The position numbers and the translations under genes are program-made. This document shows, piece by piece, positions 60,573 through 64,000 of a stretch of DNA of 64,000 bases. Location of the stretch: assembly GCF_000485595.1 (NCBI RefSeq), contig NW_014577076.1, forward strand, positions 806,727-870,726. The letters run 5' to 3'. This DNA is from Priapulus caudatus (lineage: Eukaryota). The notes under the pieces are model-generated. The model searched no databases. It was not told the DNA's origin and saw only the letters and a program-made list of their open reading frames with translations. Within the stretch, counting starts at the first letter, position 1. Each line of letters opens with the position of its first letter.

Positions 60573-62850
60573 CTATTAGTATTACTATTAGTATTATTGG
60601 TACTGCTACTGGTACTGGTAGGTCTAGTACTGACAAGTTGTATTTATTAACCATCATTTTATTATTGAAATGACCCAAGTGACTGTGCCTGTGCACTGTT
60701 CTGCTGTAAATTGCTCGAATCGGCAGTGTGAGCATAGGTGTAAGCGACCCGACCTGTCTTTCTTCAGGTTTCCCAAGAATACAGAAAGGTGAGAAAATAT
60801 TCTTTTTTGTCGCAATCCCTCGTGAAAGAGTTGTGCAATCTTTGTTGATACATGTAGTACCAGTGGCAGTGCAGTGGCTCTCATATTCTTGTTGTTTGTG
60901 CACAGGGCGTACGTGCGGTGTACTTGTGTGTTGCAGATGAGCATTTGAACGGCATTTACAGCAAGTTATCGACAATAATAGGCGAAATAGAGTAGAGAAA
61001 CATTAATACTTTGATAGTAAATACATTTAGTGTTTATTTACCATTATTTGTTTGAGACGTTCCAGGTGCCTGTGCACTGTACCACTGACACTGCACCACT
61101 GTACTGTGTACATACGATTATGAATCATTGTTAGATTTTTGTACACTTGAATGAGAGATTTGATACAGCTATTGTCATAAAAAAGTAATGAATCCAATTA
61201 GTAATTTATACTTGAGTAAATTTAGTAATACAGGGGCTTATTAATGTGGGGGTGGGGTGCTGAGCAGGCGAGTGTTTGTGGGGGAGGATGTGGGAGGGGC
61301 GGTGGTGCACTGAGAACAATTTAACAGGTAAACTATAGCGTACCTACATTTTTGGCAGGATTTGAACTCGGTTGAGCTCCTACATTCTGCAGGAATGTAG
61401 TTATAACTTATAATCAAATGTGTTCTCATAGGTTAATCCTATGTGATCTCTTTTTTAATTTCATGTCAACAATGGGTCCAGAATACTCGTCGACAAGATC
61501 TGCTAAACCGACCCGTGGTGTACTTGTCAAACAACTGCCGTCTTTGTTCTGAACACTTTGAACTTGACCAATTCTCCAACAAGCAGACCAAAAACAGGCT
61601 AAAATGGAATGCAGTACCAACCCTCTTTGATATATCAAATCCCCCGAAACGTCTGTCCACCCCACGCAGGTCACTCAAAAGGAAGGATGAGAACATCCCA
61701 TCTTCACAAAACCCCTCAAAAAAGCAAAGAGGTAGGCCTATTTGCAAGTATTTTTTTTACCTTTTTATTATTAAATTTATATTCTCACTTGCAAAATTAT
61801 ATCATAACTGATTTACAATATGTAATAGCATGTATGGTATATCTCTTTTCATTTGTGAAATGTTCACAAAACTATAATCACACATAAGGCGACACAGTGT
61901 ACGCTAATACAATGTGTAATTCTAGTAAGAACAGTCATTCAAAACTTCCTTACGCATAAGTTAGCCATTTAAATAAATTAATGAGACATCAAAAATCAAA
62001 ACCATGATTCTTTGTGAAGACAAAAATTGGTGCATCACATGTATTTTTAATGAAATAAGTAGTGGATGCTGATTTATTTACATGTGTATACTAAATTTAT
62101 TTCATTTGTAGACTTCTCACTTTTCTCCTTTCTCATTTTCTTTTGCAGTGTCAGACTTCACACAGACTGAACATTCTTACTGCTTAGCTGCAGACCAAAT
62201 TCATGAGAATGAACCCAGCAGTGTTTCTCCACCTCCTGATACAGATGATCACAGCAGAGCTCTGAAGAAGGAAAGACAGCGTACGTTACGCCTAAAAAAA
62301 AGAGTAAAACAGTTGAAACGATCAATGGAAAAGGAAGCTAAAGAAAGTGAAACAATTAGTGACTTGATAAGAAGAGCTGGTGAATTTTTACAGGAACCAG
62401 CACTATCTTTCTTTGCATCACAATTGCGGAATGCGTCAGGACGTAGAAGAGCAAGACGAAGCCAATGGAGTTATTCAGACAAAGTAGTTGCCTTGTCCCT
62501 CTACCACCAGAGTCCCCGTGCGTATCACTTCTGCCAGCGCATTTTCACACTTCCGTCAGTCACATCACTGCGTAGGTGGTTGAGTAATATCGAAGTGAGG
62601 CCTGGGTTTCCCTCTAAGATCTTTGAACTTTTGAAAAACAGGGTAGCAGGAATGGCAGAGAGGGATAAGTTCTGTGTAGTGTCCTTGATGATATGAGTCT
62701 ACGTACAGGCCTCTCATACAATATTACAGAAGATTCAGTAAAAGGTTTTGAGGACTTTGGATCCCTAGGGAAGACGCCACGTCCTGCCAACCATGCTCTC
62801 GTTTTCATGATTAGAGGCTTAATGGGAAAATGGAAGCAACCTCTAGGTTA

Positions 62851-63421
62851 TGGCGCTATATGATCTTTTCTGCATATCTCCCAAATCCCATTGGTTGATA
62901 CAAATCACGTGGCTCAACTGCCTCAATGACGTGACAGTGTTGTCATATTCATGGCACATCCATAATCTATAAACCCAATAAGCCTGAATAGCCGAACGCG
63001 TACAGCACGGCCGTCACGGCTGAAAGGTCGTTGATCGAATCCCATCTGTTTTTTTAATTATTTTCCTGTTTTCTGTATTTTTCTATCTTTATCCATTTAA
63101 CTATCATTTTCCAATTAACGCAAATATTTACATAATTTATTTACAACAATTTAATAACAACATATTTTTTTTAATAGGGTAATTAGGGTTAGGGTTAGGG
63201 TCACAATCATAGAAATAATATAGATAACCATATCTAGTTAGGGTATCTATATTATTTCTATGGTCACAATGCACTATAAAACAAGAGTTTGAGGCACTTG
63301 ACGTGATGCGGCCATGATGCCGAGGCGCGCCGAGTATTGAACCTTTGTGTCTTCCAATCAAGGCCTACGCCGCACCTCTCTTTGATATTTTTATAGGTGC
63401 ATGGGGACCCATATAGCACCA
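62851..63421. mobile_element. Probable non-autonomous element with 12-bp TIR TGGYGCTATATG and internal (TTAGGG)3, starting where transposase homology ends
   Basis: TGGCGCTATATG at 62851 and CATATAGCACCA at 63410-63421. Confidence 0.45.
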
Positions 63422-64000
63422 CCAAATCGCCGATCTCAGGAACTAGGGCATTCTGCTAGGCTAGAACGGTTTCCTACGATAGAGTTTGGCACAAAAACGA
63501 AAATAACACGCTGTTTAGCGCACTGCGCTACGTCCTTCTGTTGCATTTTCGCATTTCCGTAATCAGAATAAGCCCCGCCTTCTTCGTTAATGGGCATGAA
63601 TAGGGCGTCAACGACGTGACCGTTACTGCGTGTAGTTGTTTGGCGAGATTGTTTGTTTTTCGTAAATAATGAGAAAGGCCCGGCTGATGCATTTCGCACC
63701 GAAGTGGAATTTTTTTTGCCATTTTCACTCGCTGTCGGAAGTGAACGAGTGCGTCATTCATTGAACATTTCAGCAAAACACAGTACACTGCACGACAGAG
63801 GTTGGAATGTTCAGAGCCAATGTTTACATGCCACAGCGCCATCTCTTGGATGTTTTATAAGTAAATATGGGGATTTTCAATAAAATAATGCATTTTTAAT
63901 GTATTTACCACGATTTACGTATAGAAACTATATGTTATTTTTACTGATTTCTCCGTATCTTTCCTTGGAGTTTTCATCGTCTTTCAATGCCTTTCGGTAA

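Larger units (their letters stand above)
59708..60693. mobile_element. Palindromic P-type MITE (CACAGGCAC termini) with 8-bp TSD CACTGTTC, inserted in THAP exon 1
   Basis: TSD at 59700-59707 and 60694-60701; long inverted arms; CA..TG termini with 8-bp TSD fit P (or hAT). Confidence 0.85.
59673..62851 (+). pseudogene. Disrupted THAP-domain P-element (THAP9-like) transposase gene; segments 59673-59707 + 60702-60788, ~61463-61731, 62149-62851
   Basis: C..C..F.FP, W, LCSEHF and AVPT THAP signature; ALSLY..SP.AY, LPS..SLRRWL, (F)DDMSL, ANHALVFMIRGL..KWKQPLGY; MITE in exon 1, missing AG at exon 2, 1-nt frameshift at ~62685, 3' truncated. Confidence 0.85.

Noticed and set aside
59532..62861. 13-bp inverted repeat ATATAGCGCCATA as the P element's own TIRs
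   Set aside because: No 7-8-bp TSD, and the right copy also pairs with 63410-63421 as the end of a separate element; the true P termini remain unresolved.
63183..63200. Telomeric (TTAGGG)3
   Set aside because: Only three units inside a dispersed repeat; not a telomere.

Overview
Eukaryotic (invertebrate animal) genomic DNA with GT-AG introns, dense microsatellites and two 10-N scaffold gaps; there are no prokaryotic features. Exon boundaries were read by hand from splice signals and reading phase, and family calls rest on recalled motifs, not database searches. Genes: (1) + strand 1457-21260, the 3' half of a kinesin-3 KIF13B/Khc-73 orthologue (about 18 coding exons, ending in a CAP-Gly domain; the motor domain lies upstream of the window), including a 1.8-kb acidic repeat exon. 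(2) - strand 30454-28820, a two-exon FAM167-like gene with an ~145-aa polyQ-rich insert. (3) - strand ~56597-47022, a five-exon microsomal epoxide hydrolase (EPHX1/JHEH-like) whose first exon is full of indels that are probably assembly errors. (4) + strand 59673-62851, a disrupted THAP/P-element (THAP9-like) transposase carrying a three-level stack of nested MITEs, each with its own TSD. Introns and intergenic DNA hold foldback, Kolobok-like, Helentron-like, Mutator-like and P-type non-autonomous elements plus several minisatellites. I found no clear novel multi-gene system. The best leads are the nested transposon stack that supplies a new in-frame ATG to the THAP exon, an MIU-like repeat array in the kinesin tail, duplicated decoy splice acceptors, and the polyQ FAM167.
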